Assembly (NCBI RefSeq): GCF_004010195.1
Contig: NC_057719.1
Span: 89,038,649 to 89,102,648, forward strand
Direction: 5' to 3'
DNA length: 64,000 nt
DNA from: Chiloscyllium plagiosum
Lineage: Eukaryota
Under the pieces are notes generated by a model. The model had not been told where the DNA came from and did not search any database. It saw nothing but the letters and a program-made list of their open reading frames with translations. Below are positions 13,179 to 24,310 of the stretch, in pieces (the stretch's first letter is position 1; each line of letters opens with the position of its first letter). The position numbers were made by a program, and so were the translations under genes.

Positions 13179-13900
13179 TCCTAAACTTATCAACTAAAAT
13201 TTTACACACTTCGACAGACGCATGATCGACTTGTGCTGCGGTCCTGATCCAACCAGGGGGAAGACAGACTGGCAACGGAAGCCTGGCAAGGGAGGAGCGA
13301 TCGCCAATTAAATTTTCGCTTTAATCCTGAGAGATCCTCCGCTCCAAGGAAATTGACAGGGCCCCCATCGGTTCAATGTGTCTGTCCTGTCTTTTCTGAG
13401 CACTTATGTCTGTTTGTCTTGCGGTTGCTGAGTGCTTGTCTGGTCAGTCTCTGGAATCTCGCCGAAGTGTGTTTACCCAGTAGCTACGTGTTGTTTACAT
13501 TATAGTCAACGATCACTTGATCAATTGTCTTTTTTTTATTGCTTATTCTGTCAATCACTTACTGATTTGTGTTTCTGTGAACGCGCACTATCTTTCTTCA
13601 AAATCTGAAGTGTAGCACTTAGCACTCAACCAGGATGTCCAGTGCGCCATGGGCGCACAGAAATCCACCCTCTGCCAGGAGGTGCCAGCTGTGGGAGTTG
13701 GGCAACCCCAACCATGTGGTGAGAACAGCCCAGGGCCGAAGATGAACAAGACGACATTGAAGAGGCATGGTAAATACATGAACTTCAAGAAAAAAATAGG
13801 AGCTGCTCTTGTTACACCTGGTTCACCAGCAGACACCGTACTAAAAGAAATCGGGGACTGCCATTACATTATCCCCTTGACAGGTGACCTTTACACCTGG

Positions 13901-14920
13901 GGAGAAAGTGAGGTCTGCAGATGCTGGAGATCAGAGCTGGAAATGTGTTGCTGGAAAAGCGCAGCAGGTCAGGCAGCATCTAGGGAACAGGAGAATCGAC
14001 GTTTCGGGCATAAGCCCTTCTTCAGGAATGAGGAAAGTTGGTCCAGCAGGCTAAGATAAAAGATAGGGAGGAGGGACTTGGGGGAGGGGCGTCGGAAATG
14101 TGATAGGTGGAAAGAGGTCAAGGTGAGGGTGATAGGTCAGACGGGGGTGGGGGCGGAGAGGTCGGGANNNNNNNNNNNNNNNNNNNNNNNNNNNNNNNNN
14201 NNNNNNNNNNNNNNNNNNNNNNNNNNNNNNNNNNNNNNNNNNNNNNNNNNNNNNNNNNNNNNNNNNNNNNNNNNNNNNNNNNNNNNNNNNNNNNNNNNNN
14301 NNNNNNNNNNNNNNNNNNNNNNNNNNNNNNNNNNNNNNNNNNNNNNNNNNNNNNNNNNNNNNNNNNNNNNNNNNNNNNNNNNNNNNNNNNNNNNNNNNNN
14401 NNNNNNNNNNNNNNNNNNNNNNNNNNNNNNNNNNNNNNNNNNNNNNNNNNNNNNNNNNNNNNNNNNNNNNNNNNNNNNNNNNNNNNNNNNNNNNNNNNNN
14501 NNNNNNNNNNNNNNNNNNNNNNNNNNNNNNNNNNNNNNNNNNNNNNNNNNNNNNNNNNNNNNNNNNNNNNNNNNNNNNNNNNNNNNNNNNNNNNNNNNNN
14601 NNNNNNNNNNNNNNNNNNNNNNNNNNNNNNNNNNNNNNNNNNNNNNNNNNNNNNNNNNNNNNNNNNNNNNNNNNNNNNNNNNNNNNNNNNNNNNNNNNNN
14701 NNNNNNNNNNNNNNNNNNNNNNNNNNNNNNNNNNNNNNNNNNNNNNNNNNNNNNNNNAGAGATGCGGTGGAGGGCATCATCAACCACGTCGGGGGGGAAA
14801 TTGCGGTCCTTGAAGAAGGAGGCCATCTGGGTTGTGCGTTTTTGGAACTGGTCCTCCTGGGAGCAGATGTGGCGGAGTCGAAGGAATTGGGAGAATGGGA
14901 TGGCGTTTTTACAGGGGGCA
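13901..14920 (-). mobile_element. Penelope-like element (family A) inserted in gag, spanning an assembly gap
   Basis: Terminal repeat at 13901-14167; ORF remnant 'KNAIPFSQFLRLR..CSQEDQF..MASFFKDRNFPPDVVD'; intact hammerhead motif at 13998-14025 (-). Confidence 0.85.
14168..14757. other. Assembly gap (N run)
   Basis: Run of N. Confidence 1.
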
Positions 14921-15512
14921 GGGCACCCAAAAAGGTGAAAGACTGCTGCAATACTGCCCCCCCGACAACCATAATAACCCCGGACATGGCCCCGCTGCCC
15001 TATGCCCCGCAGTACCCAAAACTTCCCCTACCAGCTCCAGAGCTGAATGAATTGGCTGCATTTGTTACTGTGCAGCCCACAGGGATCCTGCGGCCAGATA
15101 CAGCAGCTGCCAGGCAGTCTGATCCTCCACTGCTGCCCAACACAAATGTTAGCCCCGGGTGGACACGTAGAATGACCGCTGCCCTAAAAACCAGGGCACC
15201 GACTGCCAGTTTCCCCGCATCATGATTGGTTCCACTCCCCTCGATAAGCCTTGGACTCACGGTATGCTACAAGCTACCCCAGAGCAGTTTATTTCTTTTT
15301 CCCTTTTTAACCCCCACACTAACACGGTAGTGCTTATTTTTTCCCCAGCACCATAGTGTGTGTGTGCAGGTGTGAGACACAGTGATAGACACAAGGTGCA
15401 CAAATCTTTATTCAATTTCCATCACCAGGAAGATAGGAAAACACCTGAATGGCCAGTGATAAGCAGTGCCCTTCACATCAAAGGGCAAAGCAGTGAAGGG
15501 GAGGGCAGGGAA

Positions 15513-18500
15513 CTAAATCAAAATAGAGTCGGAGGGGGAAATAATGCACTCCACTCCCTGCGGTGCCCACGTCTCCCTGAACAACTCCAGGGTGTTGGTG
15601 GACACCGCATGGTCCTTCTCCAAGGACACCCGGGCTCTAATGTAACCGCGGAAGAGGGGCAGGCAGTTGGCCCTAATGACCCCCTCCACAGCCCGCTGCC
15701 TGGACCTGTTTATGGCCAGTTTGGCCAGGCCCAGGAGTAGAGCCACGAGTAGGTCCTCAGACCTGCCCTCCCTCCTCCGTACCGGGTGCCCGAAGATCAG
15801 GAGCGTGGGACTGAAGTGCAACCAAAAGCAGAGGAGGAGGTTTTTAAGAAAATGAAAAAGGGAGTGCAAACGCCCACACCCAATCTATATATGGTCCAGG
15901 GACTCCACAGCGCCACAGAACAAACAGTTGGGCTGGGTGTCTGTGAACCACTGCAATCTGCAGTTGCAGGGGGCCGCTGCGTGCAGCACCCTCCATCCCA
16001 GCTCCCTGAAAGAAAGGGGGAGGACTCCCGCGTAGAAAGCCCTCCACTGGGGATCCCCACTGCCCGGTGGCAAATGGGCACACCAAGGTGTGTCCAGACA
16101 GTGGATGAGGGAGAAGAGGTGGATGGTGTGCAGCAGCAGTCTATACAGGGCCCACCTTTTTACTGCCTGAAAGGGAACAAAATTAAAATTCCGGAGGCGG
16201 CTCAGGTTGTGGGGCACAGGCTCCCGCGGGAAGTACCGGACTTTGGGGCCAATGTAAAATTCCATCCGGGCTGGGGTGAGCACGGACGGGATTCCACCGC
16301 ACACCTGAGCGTCCTCCAACTGGTGCACTACGTCAGGTCCGAGCACCGCCGTTTTAAGGTGTTGGATGGCGATGGCCACGTACCGGACGTCTTCCGGTGC
16401 CCTGCTCGCTATGTCCTGTGGCAGCGTCCAGCCCAGGCCCCCAGCACCCAGCACGTCCCCGATCCTGGTCACCCTCGTCGCCACGGCCCTCCCCTCTGAC
16501 AGCCACTCGAACCCGCGAGTACGGAGGTGCGTATTCCTGAGCAACGGCTCCCTGCTGGAGGGTAGGCGCGACACGATTCGACCATGTTCCAGACAGTGAT
16601 CAGGTCCTGGTAAAAGACAGGCAGCGTCTTGAGGGCGACCTCCAAACTGTCACGGTCAACGAACAGGAGCTGCATGTCGTAGTTGAGGTTACGCCCCTGG
16701 CAGAAAAACATACGTCGCCAGGACGCAACACCTATGAGGAGGCTCGACATAAAGGTATCGCTGCAAGGTCTGAAGGCGGAACGTCGCGACCTGGGTGCGG
16801 ACGCACACCAGCAACTGACCGCCCTCCTCAATAGGGAGACTCAGAACCTGCGCCGCGACCCAGTGCATCTTTTTGTCCCAGAAGAAGTCGACCAACGTTC
16901 TCTGGATGTCAGCGACAAAGCCAGGAGGAGGGACCAAAGTGACCAGCCAGTACCACAGCATGGCGGCCACCAGCTGGCTTATGACCAGCACTCGACTCCG
17001 GTAAGATAGCACTCGGAGCAGTCCTGTCCAGCGGCCTAGGCGAGCCGAGACTTTGGCCTCCAGCTCCTGCCAGTTGGCCGGCCAGGATTCCTCAGCCTGG
17101 CTGAGGTAGACCCCCAGGTAGAGGAGATGGGTGGTACTCCAGCTGAACCCCCGTAACTCCTCCAGCAGAGAGTCCACCCGCCACGGACCGACCAGTAGTC
17201 CGGAACATTTGGCCCAGTTGATCCTGGCGGAAGACGCTGCTGAGTACACGGCCTGGCACTCGCGCATCCTCCCCAGGTCAGCCGGGTCGGTGAAAGTGAG
17301 GAGCACGTCGTCGGCGTAGGCAGAGAGGACCACCCCTCTGCCCGCACCGCGCAGAACCAGCCCCGACAACCTCCTCCGCAAGATGCGCAGGAAAGGCTCC
17401 ACGCACAGGGAATACAGCTGGCCGGACAGGGACCCGATAACTTTAACCCGAAGCGAAGGGGCACCGTCAGGGACCCGATAACTTTAACCAGACACTCTGC
17501 GGCGGTGTACAAAAGTCGGATCCGGGCGTCGAACCGCGTCCCGAACCCGAATGCCCGCAGAGTCCCGAGCAGGTACTTGTGATCAACCCTGTCGAACACC
17601 TTCTCCTGGTCGAGAGACAGGAAGGCGCTCGACAGACCAGCCCGTCGACAGAAATGGATCAGGTCCCGGACCAGGTGGACGTTATCGTGTATCCTCCGGC
17701 CCGGGACCGTGTAGGACTGGTCCGGGTGGATCATGTGGGCCAGCACGGAGGCCAGGCAAGAATGACGGGAGCGTCGAGCCTTCCGGCGTCCTCCGGGCCG
17801 AGCTGGGGCAGGTCCTCCCACAGAACTCTGCGAGCATCCTCGCTGGACGGATCCGGAGAGAACAGAGCCGTGTAATAGTTCCGGACGTGGGCCCTGATGC
17901 CCTCCGGATCCGAGACGAGGGACCCGTCGTCGGCCAGCAGCACAAGGAGCTGCTGACGGGTGCCACGCCTTTTTTCCAGCGAGTAGAAGAAGGGGGAGCC
18001 GCGGTCCAGGTCCTGGAGGAGCTGGATCCGTGACCTCACGTACGCGCCCCGAGCCCCGATGAGCTGCAGGTCCCGAAGCGTGGCCGCCTTCTCTTTGTAC
18101 GCCCCGCGCAGGGCCGGGTCCGCGTCGGGCTGACCGAGGCGTGACTCCAGGTCGAGCATCTCCCTCTCCAACTCCCCGATCCTGGATTTCCGCCTCTTCG
18201 TCGACCCCCTCGCGTACTCCTGACAGAAGACGCGGACGTGAGCCTTGCCCACGTCCTACCATAACCTCAGGGAGGGGAAGCTTCCCCGCTTCCTTCTCCA
18301 GCCGGCCCAGAAACGACGAAACAAGTCCCGGAACCGCTCGTCCTCCAGCAGCAGGTTATTAAAGTGCCAGTACGCAGAGCCGAGCCTGGCGCCGAACGGA
18401 AGGAGTTCCGCCCACACCAGGTGATGGTCCGTGCACGGCACCTGCCGCATAGAGGCCGTCGGAAAACAGGAGGCGTACGCCCGCGAAACGTACAGGCGGT

Positions 18501-19109
18501 CGATTCTGGTGCTCCGACCCCAGGCCTCACGAAGGTGAAGGCGATGGAGTCGGGATGGAGATTCCTCCAGACGTCCACCAGGTCGAAGAACTTGACCAAG
18601 TCCCCCAACCTCCTCCCCGACGCCCAACCGGTGCGGACACCGCCGTGGTCCCTGCCCTCGAGGATGCAATTAAAATCTCCCCCGAGGACGACGCACTGAT
18701 TCTTGTCGATGGAAGCGAGATGAGCGGACACTTCTCCGAAGTAGCTTGCTTGCCTCGGCCTAGCCAGGGGAGTGTAGGCGCTCAACAAGTGAAGCACCGC
18801 ACCCCCCAGACGAACCGTCTGGTGAAGCAAACGGCTTGGCACGGACTCCCTGACCCTCAAAATCTCCGGCTGAAAATGCGGGGCCAACAAGATAGCCACA
18901 CTGCCAGATCTGCGGGTAAGGTGACTCATGTAGACCCCCCCCCCGCCTCGCCACTCCAGGAGCCAGGTGACTTCATCTCCCAGGATAGTATGCGTTTCTT
19001 GCAGGAAGCACACCGCGTACCTCCCGTCCCGGAGGACCGAGGGGTTCTGGAATCTGCGCCGTGACTCCCTGCTGCCGTTGATGTTGAGGCTGGCTATAGT
19101 TGTCTCCAT
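15513..19109 (-). pseudogene. Tx1 ORF2 (APE endonuclease, reverse transcriptase, C-terminal cysteine-rich domain), frameshifted with an internal deletion
   Basis: 'METTIASLNING', 'LQETH', 'GGDFN', 'RIDR', 'TDHH'; 'DQSYTVPGR', 'LSLDQEKVFDRV', 'SAYADD'; 'CLFCGAVESLDHI'. Confidence 0.9.
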
Positions 19110-19219
19110 GTCGGAAGCGTTGTGCAACCACCACCATTACAGTTAAAAACCTATATACACATTTACTGGGAGGAAGAGGGAGAGGCACAGAAGTCCCTCG
19201 CCCTCACCAGGAGTGCCCC

Positions 19220-21367
19220 CAGGAAGTTCCTGACTCACTTTCGCTCATTCACGTCGGGCCCAGGCGCCTGGCGAGCAGTGTGGGCTGACCAGAAAACTCT
19301 TTCAAAGGAGCTCCAGCGGTCGAGCGCCAGTTGGGCTCTATCCTGGTGACTCCGAGTTTCCTCGACAAACTCCCAGAGTTCCTAGAGGGGGATGAGGGGG
19401 AGATCGGTGGGGGGCACCTGGGATTCAAATGTCGCTGCAGACAGACTCCACGTCATCCCCAGTGTCTGCCACCGATCCCGAACCCTCCTCTGGGAGGTCA
19501 CCCTCGGTCACCGACCCCTCCCCCACCAAGAGAATGGGGACTGGTCCGGCACCGCCAACTGGCCTCAAACTCCCAGCGACCCCACCCCCAGGGTCACTGG
19601 CGGTACCTTCCTCGGCGCATCCCTTCCCAGAACGCCCCGAGTTTGGGTCGTTGGGCGGCAGAGGCTCGGGGCCCCACTCCTCTCCCGACACTGGGACGCC
19701 CGGCTCCTCGGGGAAAAGGTCCTCCCCAGTGCCAAGGCCCCCGGAAAAACAGTCTGAGAGGGAGGAGCGAGGATAACACCTTCCTCCCCTCCACCGCTCG
19801 GCGACCCAGCAGAGGGTTCACCGTTGTCGCCCCCAGCATGGCCCGTGTGGTTATTAAAGTCCTCCCCAGGGGCCGGGAGGAGTTGAGGCAGCAGAAGGCC
19901 CTGCGATAGCCCCTGGGGTTCGGGTAGATCAGGCCGCGGTGCGGGACGGTCAGGAGGCGCCGTAGGCTGAGGGGGAGACGGCGGCGCCGGCATGCTGCTG
20001 GAATGTCTCTCCCCTCCAAAGGCCAGTGCCTCTGCCCCAGGCAGACAGGGGGGAATGTATGGGCCTTCCCTTCCCCGCCCACCTTGGTGGTCATGGGGCC
20101 CGAGGTCCCCCCCCAACCTTTCCCGGAATACGAAAGGGCCAGGATTGGGAGGGTCAGCCGTGTCACTTCCTGCCCCGTCCCTGGTTTATCAGGTGAGGGT
20201 GGGCGGGGGAGGGGCCCAGTTCCCTCTCCGGGGCCCAGGTCGCTGCAGGTGGTGAGGCAGCGGTGGTTCCCCCCAGGTTAGTGCCAGGATGTGGCTGGGT
20301 TCGGGCTCAGGGGCCCCCGGGCCAGGTGTTGTAGTGCCAGGAGCAGGCGTTGAAGCCCCAGGCGTTTCTGTATTGGGGTGGGGGTTGGGTGTGGGGTCAG
20401 TGGGGCCAGGATCAGGTACGGGTTTGGGGATCAGGGTTCCCGCGCTGGGGCGACACTGGCACGGCAGCGGTGGCATTGTCGTGCCGGGGCGGGGCAGGTC
20501 GTGGGTAGGTGTAGGGGAAGGGGATAGGGTGGTCTCCCTGTGGGCGGGCCTGACGGGTTGGACCTTCCTGGGCGCCTTGCGTCCAGCCGGACGCTCACCC
20601 CACCTCCCTGCCAGAGGCTGAAGCATTGGAAGCCTCCGGCTTAGCCCCCGGTGCCGGGGCCTGTGGTGTTGACTTCGGGGGAGGGGGAGTGGGTGTGGCG
20701 GCACCACCCTCAGCCGTTGGTGTGCTGTGGGCTGGGCAGCCTTCTGGGTGTGGCAGTTTTTTCTAATGTGCCCCACCTCGCGGCACAGGCGGCACCGCAC
20801 GCTGTCCAGAAGACGTGGTAGGCCGCGCCCTTGTGGAGGAGGGTGAAAGAGCCCTCGACCTCCTCCCGGGGCTAGGCAAATGAACACCTGGCAACGGAAG
20901 GAGTATACGTGTCAGAGGGCAGGGTCCTTAAGACCGAGCAGGAGCGGTTGGACACCCGACCGGATCTCCCCCAAGGTGGTGAGGTGGACGAGAAGGAGCT
21001 CACTGGCAATGAAGGGCGGGACATTGGAGATCATGACCCTCTGGGCCATAACCTTCAGAGGGTCGACGGGCAGATGTGCCCCCCCCCCATGAGCCCCATC
21101 TCCACGGCCAGGTGGACCGCCTGCTCGGTCTTTAGAAAAAAGACGGCCTTCCCGTACATCCGGGCCGCAGCGACGATGGCCGACCACATTAGCCATGGCC
21201 TTGCTGCAGGCCTTGATGGATATGTTGGGGTGGGGATAGGCCTTGACCCCCAGGCGTTTAGCTAGGTGCCTGAAGGAGGTTGCGGCTGGGGTTGGGACAG
21301 CCGAGCCTAAGGCAGCGGTTACCCCGGCGTAGGTGTGGCTGGATCCTGCGACCTTCGGGCTCGCCAT
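19220..21367 (-). pseudogene. Tx1 ORF1 (RNA-binding protein with CCHC zinc knuckle and proline-rich tail), frameshifted; 3' end approximate
   Basis: 'MYGKAVFFLK', 'RVMISNVPPFI', knuckle 'CRLCREVGHIRKNC' (CX2CX4HX4C). Confidence 0.8.
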
Positions 21368-21389
21368 TCTCTGTTGCTGGATATTGGTA

Positions 21390-21800
21390 GGCCCCAGGCG
21401 GCAGCAGTGGAGGTGGGCCTCTGGCAGCAGCAATGGCGGAGGTCCTGAGGAGGTGCCCAAGGCGAGTCCTAGGCAGCAATGGTGGAGACCGGCCTCAGGC
21501 AACAGCAGCGGTGGAGGCAGGCCTCGGGCGAGTCCCAGGTAGGCCCTTGGTCACAGCGGTGGGGGCAGACCTGTTGGGGAGGATCCCCAAGGCAAGTCCC
21601 AGGCAGCCCCAAAATTTAGTCCCACGCAGCAGCAGTGGAGGTGGGCCTCTAACAGCAACGGCAGTGGTGGAGGTCCTGGGAGGGGCCCCAAGGCAAGTCC
21701 CAGGCAGCAGCAGTGAGGCAGGCCCCAAGCAGTAACAACTGAGGCAAGTCCGGGCGAGGTCCCAGAGACCCGCAGTGGGAGTGGGCTCCTGGTGAGGCCC
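21390..21800 (-). repeat. Degenerate GC-rich tandem repeats in the Tx1 5' UTR
   Basis: Recurring 'ggcagcagcggtggaggcgggcctc' and 'ccaaggcaagtcccaggcagc' units. Confidence 0.6.
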
Positions 21801-22283
21801 AGGCTGCAGCTCCAAAAGTAGGCCCAGGACTCAAAGCTCTCACCTCCTTCTGCTTCTGCCTCCTCCTCTTCTTCCTTCTTCCTTCCTTCAGCTCTCTGGA
21901 TGTGGGGCAGCTGGTCCAGGGACAGTCCCCTTCCTCTTGGACCCCTTCAAGGAGGAGAGTCCTTGCACGTGCACACACTCACACAGCACCCGAGTGGTCA
22001 GTGACAAGCAGTGCCCTTCACATCAAAGGGTAATGCTGTGTGATCAAGCAGTGAAGGGGAGGGCAGGGACTAAATCAAAATAGAGTTGGAAGGGAAAATA
22101 ATGCACTCCACTTCCTGCAGCGCCCCCCAGAGCAGTTTAAGCAAATGCTCCCATTCAGCAATTGACTACTCCAAATTTCCCCCATCTACAACTATCTGCC
22201 TCAAGATGTGCAGACCCTATTGCATCTCGTGTAAGGGACCCACTGGGCAAACGTTCACCCTGCTATTGACTTTCCCACCCAAC

Positions 22284-22590
22284 CGGTGGCACAGTGGTTA
22301 GCACTGCTGCCTCACAGCGCCAGAGACCCGGGTTCAATTCCCGCCTCAGGCGACTGACTGTGTGGAGTTTGCACATTCTCCCTGTGTCTGCGTGGGTTTC
22401 CTCCGAGTGCTCCGGTTTCCTCCCACAGTCCAAAGATGTGCAGGTCAGGTGAACTGGCCAAGCTAAATTGCCTGTAGTGTTAGGTAAGGGGTAAATGTAG
22501 GGGTATGGGTGGGTTGCGCTTCGGCGGGGCGGTGTGGACTTGTTGGGCCGAAGGGCCTGTTTCCACACTGTAAGTAATCTAATCTAATCT
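22284..22590 (+). mobile_element. HE1-like tRNA-derived SINE inserted in gag
   Basis: A-box 'TGGCACAGTGG', B-box 'GGTTCAATTCC', core 'GTGTGGAGTTTGCAC', (AATCT)n tail. Confidence 0.9.
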
Positions 22591-22984
22591 AAACCACTGC
22601 AAACCAGGAAAAATGGGTGGATGGCTCTGTAAAGGATGCAATAACGGCCAGTGAAAGACAGCGTGCTGATTTTGGTGCTGTTACTCAGTGTCTGCAGAGA
22701 GCCCTTGCCCGATTTCATTGCCTGCTTTAGGGAGGTCTGGGACTCCTCGGTGGGCATTCTATTAACAGAGAATGAAAAGTTTGCTGTGCAGACCCTAGTT
22801 AACTGCATGCTCACTACATCTGTTCATGTGTATAAGTTGCACAATCTCACTTGGCAAACGGTGACTGGGGAGGGTGGGGGGATACTTTAATCACATTTTG
22901 TTACTTGGACAAGAAGGGACTGTTCACCATGCCAGAAACAGAGGGGGGTGTTCCCCCAGATTGCGCAACCAGACCACCATAATG

Positions 22985-24310
22985 ACGGTCCAGGTGAATT
23001 TGAGGTCGGGGGTGGAAGGTGTTGGTAAAGTGGATGAACTGTTCGACCTCCTCGTGGGAGCACAAGGCAGCGCCGATACAGTCATCGATATAGAGGAGGA
23101 AAAGGTGGGGGGCGGTGCCAGTGTAGCTGCAATCAGCGGAAGATGGACTGTGCCACATATCCTACAAAGAGGCAGGCATAGCTGGGGGCCATGCAGGTGC
23201 CCATGGCTACCGTCTCAGACTCCTCCCTCCCCTTCCTAGACTTTTCCATTTCTATCTCGGGCGACTGAATCAACACGGACATTTACTATAAACCGACCAA
23301 CTCCCACAGCTACCTAGACTACACATCCTCCCACCCTGCCCCCTGTAAAAACGCCATCCCATATTCCCAATTCCTTCATCTCTGCCGCATCTGCTCCCAG
23401 GAGGACCAGTTCCAATACCGCACAACCCAGATGGCCTCCTTCAAAGACCGCAATTTCCCCCCAGACGTGATCGACAATGCCCTCCACCACATCTCCTCCA
23501 CTTCCCGCTCCTCTGCCCTTGTGCCCCGCCTTTCCAATCGCCACCAGGGCGGAACCCCACCTACCACCCCACCAACCTCCATATACATTGTATCATCCGT
23601 CATCATTTCCGCCACCTCCAAACGGACCCCACCACCAGGGATATATTTCCCTCCCCTCCCTATCAGCGTTCCGAAANNNNNNNNNNNNNNNNNNNNNNNN
23701 NNNNNNNNNNNNNNNNNNNNNNNNNNNNNNNNNNNNNNNNNNNNNNNNNNNNNNNNNNNNNNNNNNNNNNNNNNNNNNNNNNNNNNNNNNNNNNNNNNNN
23801 NNNNNNNNNNNNNNNNNNNNNNNNNNNNNNNNNNNNNNNNNNNNNNNNNNNNNNNNNNNNNNNNNNNNNNNNNNNNNNNNNNNNNNNNNNNNNNNNNNNN
23901 NNNNNNNNNNNNNNNNNNNNNNNNNNNNNNNNNNNNNNNNNNNNNNNNNNNNNNNNNNNNNNNNNNNNNNNNNNCTACACTAGCCCACTATCCTCCATAT
24001 GCCTATCCATTGCCCGCTTAAATGCCCATAATGAGGGAGAGTCCACCACTGCTACTGGCAGTGGTGGACTCTCCAGCCTATCACCCTCACCTTGACCTCC
24101 TTCCACCTATCGCATTTCTAACGCCCCTCCCCCAAGTCCCTCCTCCCTACCTTTTATCTTTGCCTGCTGGACGCACTTTCCTCATTCCTGAAGGCTCATG
24201 CCCGAAATGTCGATTCTCCTGCTCCTTGGATGCTGCCTGACCTGCTGCGCTTTTCCAGCAACACATTTTCAGCTCTGATCTCCAGCATCTGCAGACCTCA
24301 CTTTCTCCTC
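22985..24310 (+). mobile_element. Penelope-like element (family A) with an inverted 5' segment (about 22985-23210, -), spanning a gap
   Basis: Minus-strand RT 'FLLYIDDC'; plus-strand 'DIYYKPTNSHSYLDYTSSHP..KNAIPYSQF'; terminal repeat ends at 24310. Confidence 0.85.
23677..23974. other. Assembly gap (N run)
   Basis: Run of N. Confidence 1.

Larger units (their letters stand above)
15292..22124 (-). mobile_element. Full-length Tx1-clade (L1 superfamily) non-LTR retrotransposon, inactivated
   Basis: 15-bp perfect TSD CCCCAGAGCAGTTTA at 15277-15291 and 22125-22139; A-rich 3' tail; ORF1 and ORF2; visibly GC/CpG-rich. Confidence 0.93.
13649..22984 (+). pseudogene. gag: ERV gag, split into about 13649-13900, 14921-15291, 22140-22283 and 22591-22984
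   Basis: MGAQKST N-terminus (Gly2/Ser6 myristoylation consensus); proline-rich 'APLPYAPQYPKLP' (late-domain-like); MHR-like 'Q/REPLPDFIACFREVW' near 22690-22740. Confidence 0.75.

Noticed and set aside
14078..15225. Long ORFs containing X runs (also 23431-24021)
   Set aside because: Artefacts of translating through N gaps
15360..21978. Many overlapping plus-strand and off-frame ORFs
   Set aside because: Shadow ORFs of the GC-rich Tx1 element, with no independent domain signatures
22284..22350. tRNA gene (A and B boxes; likewise at the other SINE copies)
   Set aside because: tRNA-derived SINE head continuing into SINE core and tail, with no full cloverleaf
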